A program made the translations under genes and the position numbers. A stretch of 54,939 bases of DNA. Source: Opitutus sp. GAS368. GTDB lineage: Bacteria; Verrucomicrobiota; Verrucomicrobiia; Opitutales; Opitutaceae. The stretch is from positions 1 to 54,939 of the forward strand of contig CAMAVZ010000011.1 in assembly GCA_945861645.1 (NCBI GenBank). Direction: 5' to 3'. Position 1 is the first letter of the stretch; each line of letters opens with the position of its first letter. Positions 27,306 to 37,876 of this stretch are shown one piece after another. The notes below the pieces were generated by a model. It made no database searches. It saw only the letters and a list, made by a program, of their open reading frames with translations, and was not told where the DNA came from.

Positions 27306-27314
27306 TCTTTGCCG

Positions 27315-28754
27315 ATGAATTCCCCTGATCGACCCGCCCGCCCGGAGCAAATGGAGATCGATGCCTCAGCCAAATGGCCGGGCTTGGCCCTCTTTGGTTC
27401 AGCGCTAATTTGGCTGCTGCTGGGCGGCATGTTGCAGCTGATGGCCGCGATCCAACTGCATACCCCGACCTTCTTGGCGGACTGTGCTTGGTTTACCTAC
27501 GGCCGCATCGCGCCCGCGGCCCAAAATGCGTTGATCTACGGTTGGGGGATCAATGCGGCCCTCGGGTTTGGACTTTGGCTGATGGCGCGTCTGTCCGCGA
27601 CGACGCTGCGCCATGGCGGTTGGTTGTTAGTGGCCATTCAATTTTGGAACACGGGGGTCACGCTGGGGGTGTTGGGCATTCTCGGCGGTTATTCTACTTC
27701 GTTTGAACTCTTGGAGATGCCGCGCTTCGTGCCACTCATCTTGCTGGTTTCCTATGCGATGATGGGCGTCTGGGCCGTCACGACTTTTAGCATCCGCAAT
27801 ACAGAAAATGTTTTTGCCGCCCAATGGTATCTCTTCGGCGCGGCGTTCTGGTTTCCTTGGTTGTATGCCGTTGCCCAGCTGATGTTGCTCAAAGCGCCGG
27901 TGCGCGGCGTGTTGCAGCCGGTCGTCAATGCTTGGTATGTACACGGGCTCTACGGTCTCTGGTTTGTCCCGGTCGCGTTGGCCGCAGTTTATTATTTCCT
28001 GCCGAAAATTCTCGGGAAGCCGATCGCTAATTATTATTTGGCGCCGCTCGCTTTCTGGTGGTTGGTGATTGGGACTGCGCTGGCGGGGGGCAGCCGACTG
28101 ATCGGCGCGCCGGTCCCCGTGTGGATTCCGGCTTTGGGCACGGTCGCTAATTTCCTGTTGGTCGTCCCGGTGGTGATTATTGGCCTCAATTTTTTCGGCA
28201 CGTTCTCGGGTCGTTACAGTGCGCTCGCGGGCAGCGTAACGCTGCGGTTTATTTTGCTCAGTGCGCTCGCCTTCATTTTTGCGTCCGTGCTCAATCTGGC
28301 TTTTTCGCTCCGTGGTTTTGTGGAGATTGCGCAATTTACCTTGGTGTCCGAATTGCGTGATTGGGTCGTGCTCTACGCCTGCTTCTCTGCGGCGATGTTC
28401 GGGGCGGCTTACTTTATTTTGCCGCGTTTAACTGCGGGCGCTTGGCGGTTTCCTGCGCTCGTTAAAATGCATCTCGGCGCCACGCTGGTGGGCGGGGCCT
28501 TGCTGACGGTGGCTCTCGGGGTGGGTGGCTGGCAGCAGGGTCACTTGCTCAATACCTCCCATGTCGCCTTCGGTGAAATCACGCAGGCTATGACTTTTTG
28601 GTTTACCCTTCGGTCCGCAGGCTTCGCGGTGCTCTGGTTTGGGCACCTCGCTTTTGCGATCAATTTTGTGGGTCTCCTTTGTGCGCTGTGCGCATGCGGC
28701 AAAAAAGCGCCGGCTGACTTAGGCTCAGGGTCGAGCGCGGAGGGGCACGCATGA
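27315..28754 (+). CDS. cbb3-type oxidase subunit I (CcoN)-like membrane protein lacking most His ligands
   Basis: TYGR, ELLEMP, WYVH, YYFLPK, YFILPRL landmarks match CcoN; five of six canonical His absent. Confidence 0.8.
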   Translation: MNSPDRPARPEQMEIDASAKWPGLALFGSALIWLLLGGMLQLMAAIQLHTPTFLADCAWFTYGRIAPAAQNALIYGWGINAALGFGLWLMARLSATTLRHGGWLLVAIQFWNTGVTLGVLGILGGYSTSFELLEMPRFVPLILLVSYAMMGVWAVTTFSIRNTENVFAAQWYLFGAAFWFPWLYAVAQLMLLKAPVRGVLQPVVNAWYVHGLYGLWFVPVALAAVYYFLPKILGKPIANYYLAPLAFWWLVIGTALAGGSRLIGAPVPVWIPALGTVANFLLVVPVVIIGLNFFGTFSGRYSALAGSVTLRFILLSALAFIFASVLNLAFSLRGFVEIAQFTLVSELRDWVVLYACFSAAMFGAAYFILPRLTAGAWRFPALVKMHLGATLVGGALLTVALGVGGWQQGHLLNTSHVAFGEITQAMTFWFTLRSAGFAVLWFGHLAFAINFVGLLCALCACGKKAPADLGSGSSAEGHA

Positions 28755-29419
28755 AAAACGGGCTAAAATTATTTCTCGGGGTTTTTGCTACGCTCGCCCT
28801 CTCTTGGGTTGGGCTGCTGCTGACGGCGCACCAACAGATTGGCCGCCTTAGCCAATTCAAGGATCCGGTGGATGAGACGCTCTATCCGCAACCGCTTTCC
28901 GGTTTGGCCATACAAGGCAGTATGGTTTACCAAGATCTTGGCTGTGTCAGCTGCCATACGCAGCAAGTCCGGCGCGAAGGCTTTGGGGCCGATCTCGGTC
29001 GTAAATGGGGTCAGCGCGGCAGTTATGCCCGTGACTACATTCGCGATGAGGTGGTCTTGATCGGGCAAAATCGCTTGGGCCCAGATTTGCGCAATGCGGG
29101 CAATCTCGAGCTTCATCCTTACGCTGACGCGGATTATTTCTATCGGCTGCTGTACGCACCGCAGTCCGTGGCGCCTGGTACCAACATGCCGGCGCATGCG
29201 TTCTTGTTTGAGGTGCATGCCTTGGCCGGACGTCAGCCCTCAGCTCAGGCGATCAAAGTGCCCGGCAGATTTGGACCAGGCGCAGGGTACGAAGTGGTCC
29301 CCACGAATCGTGCGCATTCGCTGGTGGCCTACTTGCAAAGTTTAAAAGACAGCTACGATTACCCTATCGAACGCAGCCGTAATGCCGCGGCCGAAAAGCC
29401 CAAAGAGGGTGGACACTAA
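28751..29419 (+). CDS. cbb3-type oxidase subunit II (CcoO)-like monoheme cytochrome
   Basis: GCVSCHTQQVR, RLGPDL, PGTNMP. Confidence 0.85.
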   Translation: MKNGLKLFLGVFATLALSWVGLLLTAHQQIGRLSQFKDPVDETLYPQPLSGLAIQGSMVYQDLGCVSCHTQQVRREGFGADLGRKWGQRGSYARDYIRDEVVLIGQNRLGPDLRNAGNLELHPYADADYFYRLLYAPQSVAPGTNMPAHAFLFEVHALAGRQPSAQAIKVPGRFGPGAGYEVVPTNRAHSLVAYLQSLKDSYDYPIERSRNAAAEKPKEGGH

Positions 29420-29420
29420 G

Positions 29421-30074
29421 ATGAGCTCTCCGCCCGATAAAAATTTCCAACCCGAGCAGGCTAACGTCAGCGATGACAGCATCCAGCAGGCGCATGCCCA
29501 ATTGTTGCAGACCAAGCCGGAAAAGACGGACGGCTATTCTTTCCTGCCCCTCGGCATTCTCGGTCTCATGTGTACCGCTGTTTTCTTTGGGTCGATTTAT
29601 CTCGCCCATAATTCGGTGCGCTTTGATCCCCTCGTTTATAGCGAGGCGGCCAAGCGCGAGAAACCCGGCGCGGTGGCTAATGTCGTGCTTACACGGGCCC
29701 AGCTGGGGAAGCGCGTTTATTCTAATGTGTGCATCGCGTGCCACCAAGCCAACGGCCTCGGTGTCCCGAGTATCTATCCGCCGCTGGCTGGATCGGAATG
29801 GGTCATCGGCAATGAAGAGCGGATCGTTCGCATCGTGCTCCACGGCCTCAATGGGCCGATTGAAGTGAAGGGTTCGACCTATGCCAACGTGATGGCGCCG
29901 CTCGGTGAGGTGCTGAAGGACGAGCAGATCGCCAACGTTATTTCTTATGTTCGCGCCGAGTGGGGCAATGCCGCCGGCGAAGTTCAGCCGGAGTTGGTCA
30001 CCAAAGTTCGCGCGGCTACGGCGGCACGGAAAACGTACTGGACCGCTGCGGAATTGCAGCAAGGCGGGCCGTAA
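29421..30074 (+). CDS. Membrane-anchored class I cytochrome c
   Basis: TM, CIACHQANG, PPLAGSEWV, VISYVRAEWGN. Confidence 0.88.
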   Translation: MSSPPDKNFQPEQANVSDDSIQQAHAQLLQTKPEKTDGYSFLPLGILGLMCTAVFFGSIYLAHNSVRFDPLVYSEAAKREKPGAVANVVLTRAQLGKRVYSNVCIACHQANGLGVPSIYPPLAGSEWVIGNEERIVRIVLHGLNGPIEVKGSTYANVMAPLGEVLKDEQIANVISYVRAEWGNAAGEVQPELVTKVRAATAARKTYWTAAELQQGGP

Positions 30075-30149
30075 GGGCCGGACTGAGCGCCCGCAGCGGG
30101 CCCCGTGGAACGGCATTGCCTCCCCTGCGGGGTATGAGAAGTTATCGCC

Positions 30150-30584
30150 ATGCCGGCTATTTTTAAAATGACCCGCCAGGTCGAGTTTGCGGAGACCGAT
30201 ATGGCGGGGATTGTGCACTTCGTTAATTTTTTCCGCTGGATGGAAAGCGGTGAGACCGCTTTTTATCGGTCGCTGGAATTGCCGTTGATTTCTTTTGTGC
30301 CGGGGCAGGTGGTGGGCTGGCCGCGCGTCAATGTGAGCTGCACGTATCGCGCCCCCTTGCGCTTTAATGATACGGTGGAGGTAACGCTCTTCGTGAAAAA
30401 ATTGGGGACGCGTTCGGTGACCTATCTTTTCCAATTTCATAAAGGGGCGGTGCTCGTGGCGGCCGGTGAGGTCACGGCGGTGTGTGTGGGCGTGGGCGAA
30501 AAAGGCGGCATGATTTCGCAGCCCATCCCTGCGGCGGTGCGGGCCAAATTGCAGGTGGCGCCACCCTCAGCGTGGGGCGGCTGA
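30150..30584 (+). CDS. Acyl-CoA thioesterase (hotdog, 4HBT-like)
   Basis: VEFAETDMAGIVHFVNFFRWME. Confidence 0.88.
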   Translation: MPAIFKMTRQVEFAETDMAGIVHFVNFFRWMESGETAFYRSLELPLISFVPGQVVGWPRVNVSCTYRAPLRFNDTVEVTLFVKKLGTRSVTYLFQFHKGAVLVAAGEVTAVCVGVGEKGGMISQPIPAAVRAKLQVAPPSAWGG

Positions 30585-30675
30585 GATTTTAAATTTACGC
30601 GCGTCAGATTTTCCGCTGGCCGATTGAGCCGGCGGGGTTGATCGTCGTGCGGTCATTATTTAATCCTCTTTGTCT

Positions 30676-31128
30676 ATGGCCCTACGCACCTGTACGTTTC
30701 ATTACACGCTCAAAGATAGCCGTGGTCAGCTGATTGATACTTCGCGGGGTGGGGCGCCGATGCCATTTACTGAGGGCACCGGACAAATCATTGAAGGCTT
30801 GGAGGAGCCGTTATTACAGATGGCGGTCGGTGAAAAGCGCGCGGTGATCGTGGCCCCCGAGCGGGCTTATGGGCAGCCGGATCCCACCTTGGTGCAAAGC
30901 ATACCCCGCGCCCAGTTGCCCGTCGGTGAGCTAAAAGTGGGCGATCAATTTCAAACCGGTCCCGATCGGCACGCCCCGGTGGTGACAGTGCGGGCTTTGG
31001 CAGGCGATGCGGTGTTGCTCGACGCTAATCATCCGCTGGCGGGGGAGGAATTGCATTTTGAAGTGGAGCTGATCACGGCGCGCCCGGCCACACCAGAGGA
31101 GTTGCCAGCAGCGACCAATTTAACCTAA
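30676..31128 (+). CDS. slyD: FKBP-type PPIase (SlyD-like, no His-rich tail)
   Basis: FHYTL, GQIIEGLE, PERAYG, LDANHPLAGEELHFEVE. Confidence 0.85.
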   Translation: MALRTCTFHYTLKDSRGQLIDTSRGGAPMPFTEGTGQIIEGLEEPLLQMAVGEKRAVIVAPERAYGQPDPTLVQSIPRAQLPVGELKVGDQFQTGPDRHAPVVTVRALAGDAVLLDANHPLAGEELHFEVELITARPATPEELPAATNLT

Positions 31129-31140
31129 CGTAGAAAATCT

Positions 31141-31878
31141 ATGAAAGTACTCGGCATTGATATCGGTGGATCAGCTTTTAAAGGCGCTCCCGTAGACACC
31201 AAAACTGGCCGCTTGCTCGCGGAGCGGCATCGCGTGGAAGTCGACGCGCCGTGCCGTACCGCGCAAGGCCTCGCCGCGGTGCGTGAGATCGTGCAGCATT
31301 TTAACTGGAAGGGGCCCGTCAGCATTGGTTTTCCGGGAATTATCAAGGGCGATCACATTTGGGCGGTGGGCAATCTCGGCGAAAATTGGGCGCACCTCAA
31401 TGGCGCGGCCCTGTTTGGTCGCGCCACCGGTGGCCGGGTGAGATTGTTCAACGATGCCGACGCGGCTGGGTTGGCTGAAATGAAATTCGGCGCCGGCCGC
31501 GGCCAAAAAGGGACGGTCTTGATGTTGACCTTCGGCACCGGCATTGGCTCAGCTTTATTTTATCAGGGGCAGTTATTCCCGAATGTGGAATTAGGTTGGA
31601 TCCCTTGGCGGGGCAAACCGATCGAACGCTTCGCTTCGGCCGCGGTTCGCAAACGCCGTGATCTCAGTTGGGCGGAATGGGCCAAGCGCGTTAATTTAAG
31701 TTTGGAGGCCATGGAACGGCTCTTGTCGCCAGAATTAATTATCGTCGGCGGCGGGGTGAGCAAAAAATCCAAAAAATGGTTTAAGTATCTCAAGGTGCAC
31801 GCTCGGCTCGTCCCAGCGAAAATGCTCAATGATGCAGGAATCGTCGGCGCCGCGCTCGCTTGGGAACAGCCCCGCTAG
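31141..31878 (+). CDS. ppgK: Polyphosphate glucokinase (ROK family)
   Basis: GIDIGGSAFKGAPVD, NDADAAGLAE, TFGTGIGSALF, IVGGGVSK. Confidence 0.8.
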   Translation: MKVLGIDIGGSAFKGAPVDTKTGRLLAERHRVEVDAPCRTAQGLAAVREIVQHFNWKGPVSIGFPGIIKGDHIWAVGNLGENWAHLNGAALFGRATGGRVRLFNDADAAGLAEMKFGAGRGQKGTVLMLTFGTGIGSALFYQGQLFPNVELGWIPWRGKPIERFASAAVRKRRDLSWAEWAKRVNLSLEAMERLLSPELIIVGGGVSKKSKKWFKYLKVHARLVPAKMLNDAGIVGAALAWEQPR

Positions 31879-32100
31879 CCGGTCTGGCGCGGAAGCCCTT
31901 ACCCCAGTCGTTCGGGCTGGCGCGGGACGGCTCCTTCGGCCGGGCTTTGCGCTCTGGCGGCGCCACTTATCCGGCTGCGGCGTCCGTTCATCAAAACAGG
32001 CTGCAACTTTACCCCATAATCGGGTGTTTTTATGCGAGCGTTTATCTCGCTGACCGCTCGCGACACTCTGGCCGCATCCCTCTTTAATTAATTTTATAAT

Positions 32101-33471
32101 ATGTCTGCACCGCTTCCCTCCACTCCGGCAAATTCCGTCGGTCCTCAAAAAAAGAAATCGCAGCGCACGCTGTTCATTATTCTGGGGAGCGTGACCGGGC
32201 TGATCGTCATTGCGGCGGTCGTGGCGGTCAAACGGCGTGGAGAAAAAGCCACTCCCGTCACGGTTGAAAAAGCTGTCGTCCGGACGATCACTCATCTCGT
32301 CACGGCAACGGGAAAAGTACAGCCCGAGGTCGAGGTGAAAATCTCGCCCGAGGTGGCCGGCGAATTGATTGAGATTCCCGTGATTGAGGGCCAGAGCGTC
32401 AAGAAGGGCGACCTCTTGGTGCGGATTAAACCAGATTTTTACCAAGCGGCGCTGGAGCAACAAGAGGCCTCCCTCGCCTCGGCGAAGGCGACCAGTGTGC
32501 TGAGTCGGGCGCGGCTGACCAAAGCTCAGCATGATTTTAAGCAAGCCGAAGAACTCTACGGCAAGCAGCTCGTATCGAATGCGGATTTTGTCGCCGCGAC
32601 CGCCAATCTGGATGTGGCCAAAGCGGATTTTGATTCTTCGTTGGCGCAGATTCGCCGCACGGAGGGTTCAGTCAGTCAATCGCGTGATTCGTTAGCCAAA
32701 ACCACGATCTACTCGCCGGTAGCGGGCAGCATTAGTTCGCTGAGCAGCGAAGTGGGCGAGCGCGTGGTGGGCACCGGCTCCTTTGCCGGTACGGAAATCA
32801 TGCGCCTCGCTAATCTCGATAACATGGAAGTGCGCGTGAAGGTGAATGAAAACGACATCATCAACGTCAAGCTCGGCGATCATACCATCGTCACGGTCGA
32901 TGCTTTCCCGGGGCGCAAATTCACGGGGGTGGTCAATGAAATCAGCAGTTCCGCTATCACGATCGGCGCGCAATCCGCGGCGACTTCAGCCTCGGATGAA
33001 GTGACGAATTTTCTCGTTAAGATCAGCATCAAGGCGCCGGAAGCTAAATTGCGGCCGGGGATGAGTGCGACGGTAGATATCGAAACCCAGACCGTCGCTA
33101 ATGTGGTATCAGTTCCTATCCAAAGCGTCACCGTGCGCGCGGTGGGCGGCAAAACCAGCGAAGAGCTGCAGCTCGCCAAGGCGAAAGAGGCGAAAGAGCG
33201 ATCGGGCAATGATCTAGAAGTCGCCAGTGAACGCGATGAAGCCCGCCGCAGTCGCGAACAGCTGGACCGGGTGGTGTTCATCAAGACGGGCAACACGGTC
33301 AAGCAACACAAAGTGGAGACGGGGATTGCTGATAATACTTCGATTGAAATTAAAAGCGGCGTGCAAGCCGGCGATGAAGTGGTGGCCGGCAGTTATGCTG
33401 CCATCAGCCGCAAATTAAAGGATGGCAGCAAGGTCATGATCGAGCCGCCTAAGAAAGAGGAAACCAAGTAA
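32101..33471 (+). CDS. MacA-like efflux periplasmic adaptor
   Basis: ATGKVQPEVEVKISPEVAGE, LRPGMSATVDI. Confidence 0.9.
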   Translation: MSAPLPSTPANSVGPQKKKSQRTLFIILGSVTGLIVIAAVVAVKRRGEKATPVTVEKAVVRTITHLVTATGKVQPEVEVKISPEVAGELIEIPVIEGQSVKKGDLLVRIKPDFYQAALEQQEASLASAKATSVLSRARLTKAQHDFKQAEELYGKQLVSNADFVAATANLDVAKADFDSSLAQIRRTEGSVSQSRDSLAKTTIYSPVAGSISSLSSEVGERVVGTGSFAGTEIMRLANLDNMEVRVKVNENDIINVKLGDHTIVTVDAFPGRKFTGVVNEISSSAITIGAQSAATSASDEVTNFLVKISIKAPEAKLRPGMSATVDIETQTVANVVSVPIQSVTVRAVGGKTSEELQLAKAKEAKERSGNDLEVASERDEARRSREQLDRVVFIKTGNTVKQHKVETGIADNTSIEIKSGVQAGDEVVAGSYAAISRKLKDGSKVMIEPPKKEETK

Positions 33472-33531
33472 ACCGGTCGACGGCGCTCTGGGTTAGCCCG
33501 CTCAGCCGCCAACCACCCTCTGCTTAACGCC

Positions 33532-34296
33532 ATGAGTTCTTCGCTTAATTCTGCCCGAGATACGTTTGGTGGCCCGAGCGCTGGGACCGCGCCGCGAGGC
33601 TACCGTGAGCCGGGCCCCGTGGTCATCGAAATTGAGGATGTCACCAAACTATACAAAATGGGGGAGGAGATCGTGCATGCGCTGCGGGGCGTCGCGCTCA
33701 CCGTGCGGCGCAACGAGTACCTCGCGATCATGGGGCCTTCCGGTAGCGGCAAGTCCACCATGATGAATATGCTGGGCTGTCTCGATACACCGACGAGTGG
33801 CCGGTATCATTTCACGGAGAAAGATGTCTCGCTCATGAGTGACGATGAGCTGGCCGACATCCGCAATCGGGAAATCGGCTTTGTTTTTCAAACCTTCAAC
33901 CTGTTGCCGCGTTCGAGTGCACTGCAGAATGTCGAGCTGCCGCTCATCTATGCGGGCCTTTCGCCGTCGGCGCGGCGCGAAAAAGCGAGTCAAACTCTGC
34001 GGGCCGTCGGGCTGGGGGATCGGATGACGCATAAGCCGAACGAGCTGTCCGGCGGGCAGCGGCAGCGCGTGGCCATTGCGCGGGCCTTGGTCAATAATCC
34101 CTCAATTATTTTAGCCGACGAACCAACCGGCAATCTCGACTCCAAAACCGGCGAAGAGATCATGCAGTTGCTCGAGGAGCTCTACGCGCAAGGGCACACG
34201 ATTATCGTCGTGACGCACGAAGAAGATATCGCCCGCCACGCGCGCCGCATCGTGCGCCTGCGCGATGGCTTGATCGAGAGCGACGTGCGGCAGTAA
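33532..34296 (+). CDS. ABC ATP-binding protein (MacB-like NBD)
   Basis: [36 protein letters not shown]. Confidence 0.93.
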   Translation: MSSSLNSARDTFGGPSAGTAPRGYREPGPVVIEIEDVTKLYKMGEEIVHALRGVALTVRRNEYLAIMGPSGSGKSTMMNMLGCLDTPTSGRYHFTEKDVSLMSDDELADIRNREIGFVFQTFNLLPRSSALQNVELPLIYAGLSPSARREKASQTLRAVGLGDRMTHKPNELSGGQRQRVAIARALVNNPSIILADEPTGNLDSKTGEEIMQLLEELYAQGHTIIVVTHEEDIARHARRIVRLRDGLIESDVRQ

Positions 34297-34319
34297 CCGC
34301 CCGCTGAATTTATATCGCT

Positions 34320-35570
34320 GTGCAGCGTTTCTATAATGAATTCATCGAGTCCTGCCGGATTGCGCTCACGCAGATCCAGGCCAACAAGCTGCGTTCGGGC
34401 CTGACGGCCTTGGGCGTGATTATTGGGATCGTGGCGGTAACCTTGATGGGCACCGCGATTCGGGGGATTGATACGGGTTTTCAGAATAGCCTAGCCATGC
34501 TGGGCGAGGACGTGCTCTACGTGCAGAAGTGGCCCTGGGGGCGAGTCGAGGATTGGTGGAATTATAATAACCGGCCCAATTTGGTGCCGGCGGATGCGGA
34601 TAAATTAAATCGGATTATCGCGGCGACGCCGGGCAGTTTACTGGAAATTGCGGTGCCCGTAGTCGGACGTGGGGCGCCGGTGAAGTTTGAGGATAACAAA
34701 GTAAACAATGTGTTCACGATTGGGACGACCGCGGATTATGCGCGGATCAACAGCGTCGAATACCAGGAGGGCCGGCTTTTTAATGAGAGTGAAGCCGGGG
34801 TGGGTCGGGAGGTCTGTGTCTTGGGCTTTGATGTGGCGGAAGCACTTTTCCCCGGTCGCTCGCCCGTCGATCAAATGGTGCGCATTGGGGGACATCCCTT
34901 TCTCGTCGTCGGGGTCTTTGCCAAGCAGGGAGAATTCCTTGGCCTCTTCAGTTTTGATAATCAGGTCGTCCTGCCGCTCAGCGCTTTTCAGAAATATTTC
35001 AGCACGCGGCGCGGCGCCGATTTGCGCGTGAAGGCTAAAGATAAAAATCAACTGGCCGCCGCGAAAGAGGAGCTCACGGGGGCCATGCGGCGGGTGCGGG
35101 GGCAATTGCCGGGCGAGCGGGACAACTTTAATATCAATGAGCAGCAGGCTTTTAAGGCCCAGCTCGATCCCGTAAAATCGGGCATCGCCATTGCGGGATT
35201 GTTTATCACCGGCCTCGCGCTCTTCGTCGGCGCCATTGGGATTATGAATATTACTTTTGTGAGCGTGAAGGAGCGCACCAAAGAGATTGGCACGCGCAAA
35301 GCTTTGGGGGCCCGGCGCCGGAGCATATTGCTGCAGTTTTTAATTGAGGCTGTCGCGATCTGCCTGATTGGCGGAGTGGTCGGGATGGTGGTTTCCTTTA
35401 GCTTATTTATGGTGGTGCAGCAGGTGGCCCCGAATTTTCCGGTGCAATTTTCCCCTGATCTCGTGGTCGTGAGTATGCTCGTATCGGTGATGACGGGAAT
35501 TGTTTCAGGGTTTTTACCCGCTTACGGAGCCTCCCGACTCGATCCGGTGGTCGCTTTGCGCTATGAATAA
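34320..35570 (+). CDS. ABC permease (MacB/FtsX)
   Basis: NKLRSGLTALG, GIMNITFVSVKERTKEIG, LDPVVALRYE. Confidence 0.92.
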   Translation: MQRFYNEFIESCRIALTQIQANKLRSGLTALGVIIGIVAVTLMGTAIRGIDTGFQNSLAMLGEDVLYVQKWPWGRVEDWWNYNNRPNLVPADADKLNRIIAATPGSLLEIAVPVVGRGAPVKFEDNKVNNVFTIGTTADYARINSVEYQEGRLFNESEAGVGREVCVLGFDVAEALFPGRSPVDQMVRIGGHPFLVVGVFAKQGEFLGLFSFDNQVVLPLSAFQKYFSTRRGADLRVKAKDKNQLAAAKEELTGAMRRVRGQLPGERDNFNINEQQAFKAQLDPVKSGIAIAGLFITGLALFVGAIGIMNITFVSVKERTKEIGTRKALGARRRSILLQFLIEAVAICLIGGVVGMVVSFSLFMVVQQVAPNFPVQFSPDLVVVSMLVSVMTGIVSGFLPAYGASRLDPVVALRYE

Positions 35571-36813
35571 AATGGCTTCGATGGAAATTCTGCGCATGGC
35601 GCTCGGCTCGCTCGGGGTGAATAAGCTGCGCTCTTTTTTGACGATGTTGGGTATTACCATCGGAGTATTCTCCATTATTGGCGTGATGACGGCCGTCTCC
35701 GCGTTGCGGAGTTCGATCGAGACGGGCATTAGTTTTCTCGGGACCAATATATTTCAGTTCGGAAAATTTCCCGCGACGGGTGGCGGCGATGGCTCGCAGC
35801 GGCGGCGTTATCAATTGCGCCAGGACATCACGCTGGCGCAGGCGATGCGCTATCAACAACTCATGGGGGGGAATCCCGAGGTGATTTGCCTCAAGGCTTT
35901 CGACCAACAGGGCAATGGTCAGGCCGTCTATAATGGCCGCAAAACCACCCCCGGCTTGAGGTTCGGCGGCACCAACGAGCATTTCCTCGCGGCGAATCAA
36001 TTTGCCATTGAGCAGGGCCGTAATTTTACCGCCGAGGATATTGAACTCGCTCGACCGGTTATTTTAATTGGGCAAGGAATTCTCAAGAAGCTTTTTATAG
36101 CGGAGAGTCCTTTAGGTAAAATTATTAAAATTAAAGACCGCACGTATACGGTGATCGGGACCTTCGCCGAAAAAGGCGCCCAGTTTGGCGACAGCCAAGA
36201 CGACATCGGCGTCGTGCCGCTCACCCGCTTCTTGAATGATTTTGGCAGTGAGCGCGTCACCGTCAATATCGCCACCCAAGCGCCGAGTCAGCTCAGCTAT
36301 AATGAAACCATCGAGCGAGCCATCACGGCGATGCGGGTGGTGCGGGGACTCAAGCCGGAGCAAGAAAATGATTTTGAGCTTTATTCCAACGATTCGCTCA
36401 TCGCGACCTTCGCCAAGGTCGCGGACGCGATTGCCGCGGGCTCTTTTGTCATCAGTGGAATTGCGCTGCTCGCCGCGGGGGTTGGCATTATGAATATTAT
36501 GTTGGTCAGTGTGACGGAGCGCACGAAGGAGATCGGGATTCGCAAATCCATCGGTGCGCGGAAGAAAAGTATTCTCATTCAATTTTTGCTCGAGGCGGTG
36601 GCCATTTCTTTAGCGGGTGGGGTGATGGGTATTTTCCTCGGCGTCGCGGCTGGCAATGGGTTAGCCGTGATGCTTAAGGCCGCCGTGATTTTCCCGTGGG
36701 ACTGGGCCGCGATCGGCCTGCTCGTCTGCTCCGGTATCGGCGTGGGCTTTGGCTTTTATCCCGCGTGGAAGGCCGCGTCGCTCGATCCAATCGAGGCCTT
36801 GCGCTACGAGTGA
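35563..36813 (+). CDS. ABC permease (MacB/FtsX)
   Basis: NKLRSFLTMLG, GIMNIMLVSVTERTKEIG, LDPIEALRYE. Confidence 0.92.
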   Translation: MNKMASMEILRMALGSLGVNKLRSFLTMLGITIGVFSIIGVMTAVSALRSSIETGISFLGTNIFQFGKFPATGGGDGSQRRRYQLRQDITLAQAMRYQQLMGGNPEVICLKAFDQQGNGQAVYNGRKTTPGLRFGGTNEHFLAANQFAIEQGRNFTAEDIELARPVILIGQGILKKLFIAESPLGKIIKIKDRTYTVIGTFAEKGAQFGDSQDDIGVVPLTRFLNDFGSERVTVNIATQAPSQLSYNETIERAITAMRVVRGLKPEQENDFELYSNDSLIATFAKVADAIAAGSFVISGIALLAAGVGIMNIMLVSVTERTKEIGIRKSIGARKKSILIQFLLEAVAISLAGGVMGIFLGVAAGNGLAVMLKAAVIFPWDWAAIGLLVCSGIGVGFGFYPAWKAASLDPIEALRYE

Positions 36814-36828
36814 GTTGCCGCCGCGGCC

Positions 36829-37314
36829 TTACGGCTTTGGCTCGAAGCGACTCGCGGCTCGATTCTTGGTGACGGTGTGCGCGGCGGCGACTTGGCCATT
36901 CATGGCAATGTACACGCCCGGGGGCAGGACTTGCAGTGCGCCGATGGCGCAACCGAGATTGAAAACGGCGTCACTGTGTCGAAACCGAGCGGGCTGCATC
37001 GAACCCGTAAAGACGATCACCTTGTCGGTGAAGCCCGTAAGCAGCGCGGCCGTGGCGGTCATGGTATCGGTGCCGTGCGTGATGAGGATGAGTTTTTCCG
37101 GCGAGGCCTCGACCCGCGCGCGAATGAGGGCGCGATCTTCATCCGTCATGGCGAGGCTATCTTTTTGCAGGACTGACTCGACGACGAAATCGAAAGTGAT
37201 GTTGGATTCCCGGAAGACGAGGCCGACCTGGGGCTCGCCGATTTCGTAAGTGCTGGCGGCATCAAAATAAACTTTATCAATCGTGCCGCCGGTGGAGATA
37301 ACGCGCAGTCGCAT
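36829..37314 (-). CDS. Short-chain asparaginase-domain protein
   Basis: TGGTIDK and THGTDTM catalytic motifs; N-terminal domain only. Confidence 0.85.
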   Translation of the reverse strand: MRLRVISTGGTIDKVYFDAASTYEIGEPQVGLVFRESNITFDFVVESVLQKDSLAMTDEDRALIRARVEASPEKLILITHGTDTMTATAALLTGFTDKVIVFTGSMQPARFRHSDAVFNLGCAIGALQVLPPGVYIAMNGQVAAAHTVTKNRAASRFEPKP

Positions 37315-37349
37315 ATGGGATGATGGGGGTGGCCGGCGGTGAAGTTCAA

Positions 37350-37790
37350 TCCGGATTAATCCTCAAGTCCGCCGTAAGCTTGGCCCCCAAAAGCACAGAA
37401 GGCGTAGAATCGACCAAGCATGGCGGCGGAAAAGATGAAACGGGGAAAGTAGAAAACTGGGAAACTATGGCGCGTGGTGCGCCCGTTGAAGTTGGCGCTG
37501 TTGCCGCGTGCTCGCGGCACATGTGTTTGTCCGACGTTCTTGGGTGCTGCGCACCCAAAACGTAGGCATAAAGTTTAAGTTGAAGATTGGGGGCGTACGG
37601 AACGGGGATCTGCTGACTTAAACTTCAACTTTACACTTAAACTATCGGCCGCGAAAGCGGCTTGGACCAAGACAGGGCGGCGGAAAAGATGAAATGGGGA
37701 AAGTAGAAAATCGGGAAACTCGGAGTCGGACCGATAACCCATAACCCATAACCCATGACCCATAACCTCTCACCTCTCACCTCTAACTTA
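37350..37790. repeat. Intergenic repeat mosaic (same modules as in TA array)
   Basis: GAAAAGATGAAA unit, hairpin string, hexamer element, ATAACCC/CTCACCT heptamers. Confidence 0.85.
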
Positions 37791-37876
37791 AGCGCCCAGC
37801 CGCCCGCGAGGCCGGTTTTGATTTAAGCGGGGTTCGCTTTTTTTGAATTTCCAGTCTTGGGTGGGGGCATCCTGCT

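Noticed and set aside
27315-28754. Functional cbb3 oxidase catalytic subunit
   Set aside because: Lacks five of six conserved His ligands
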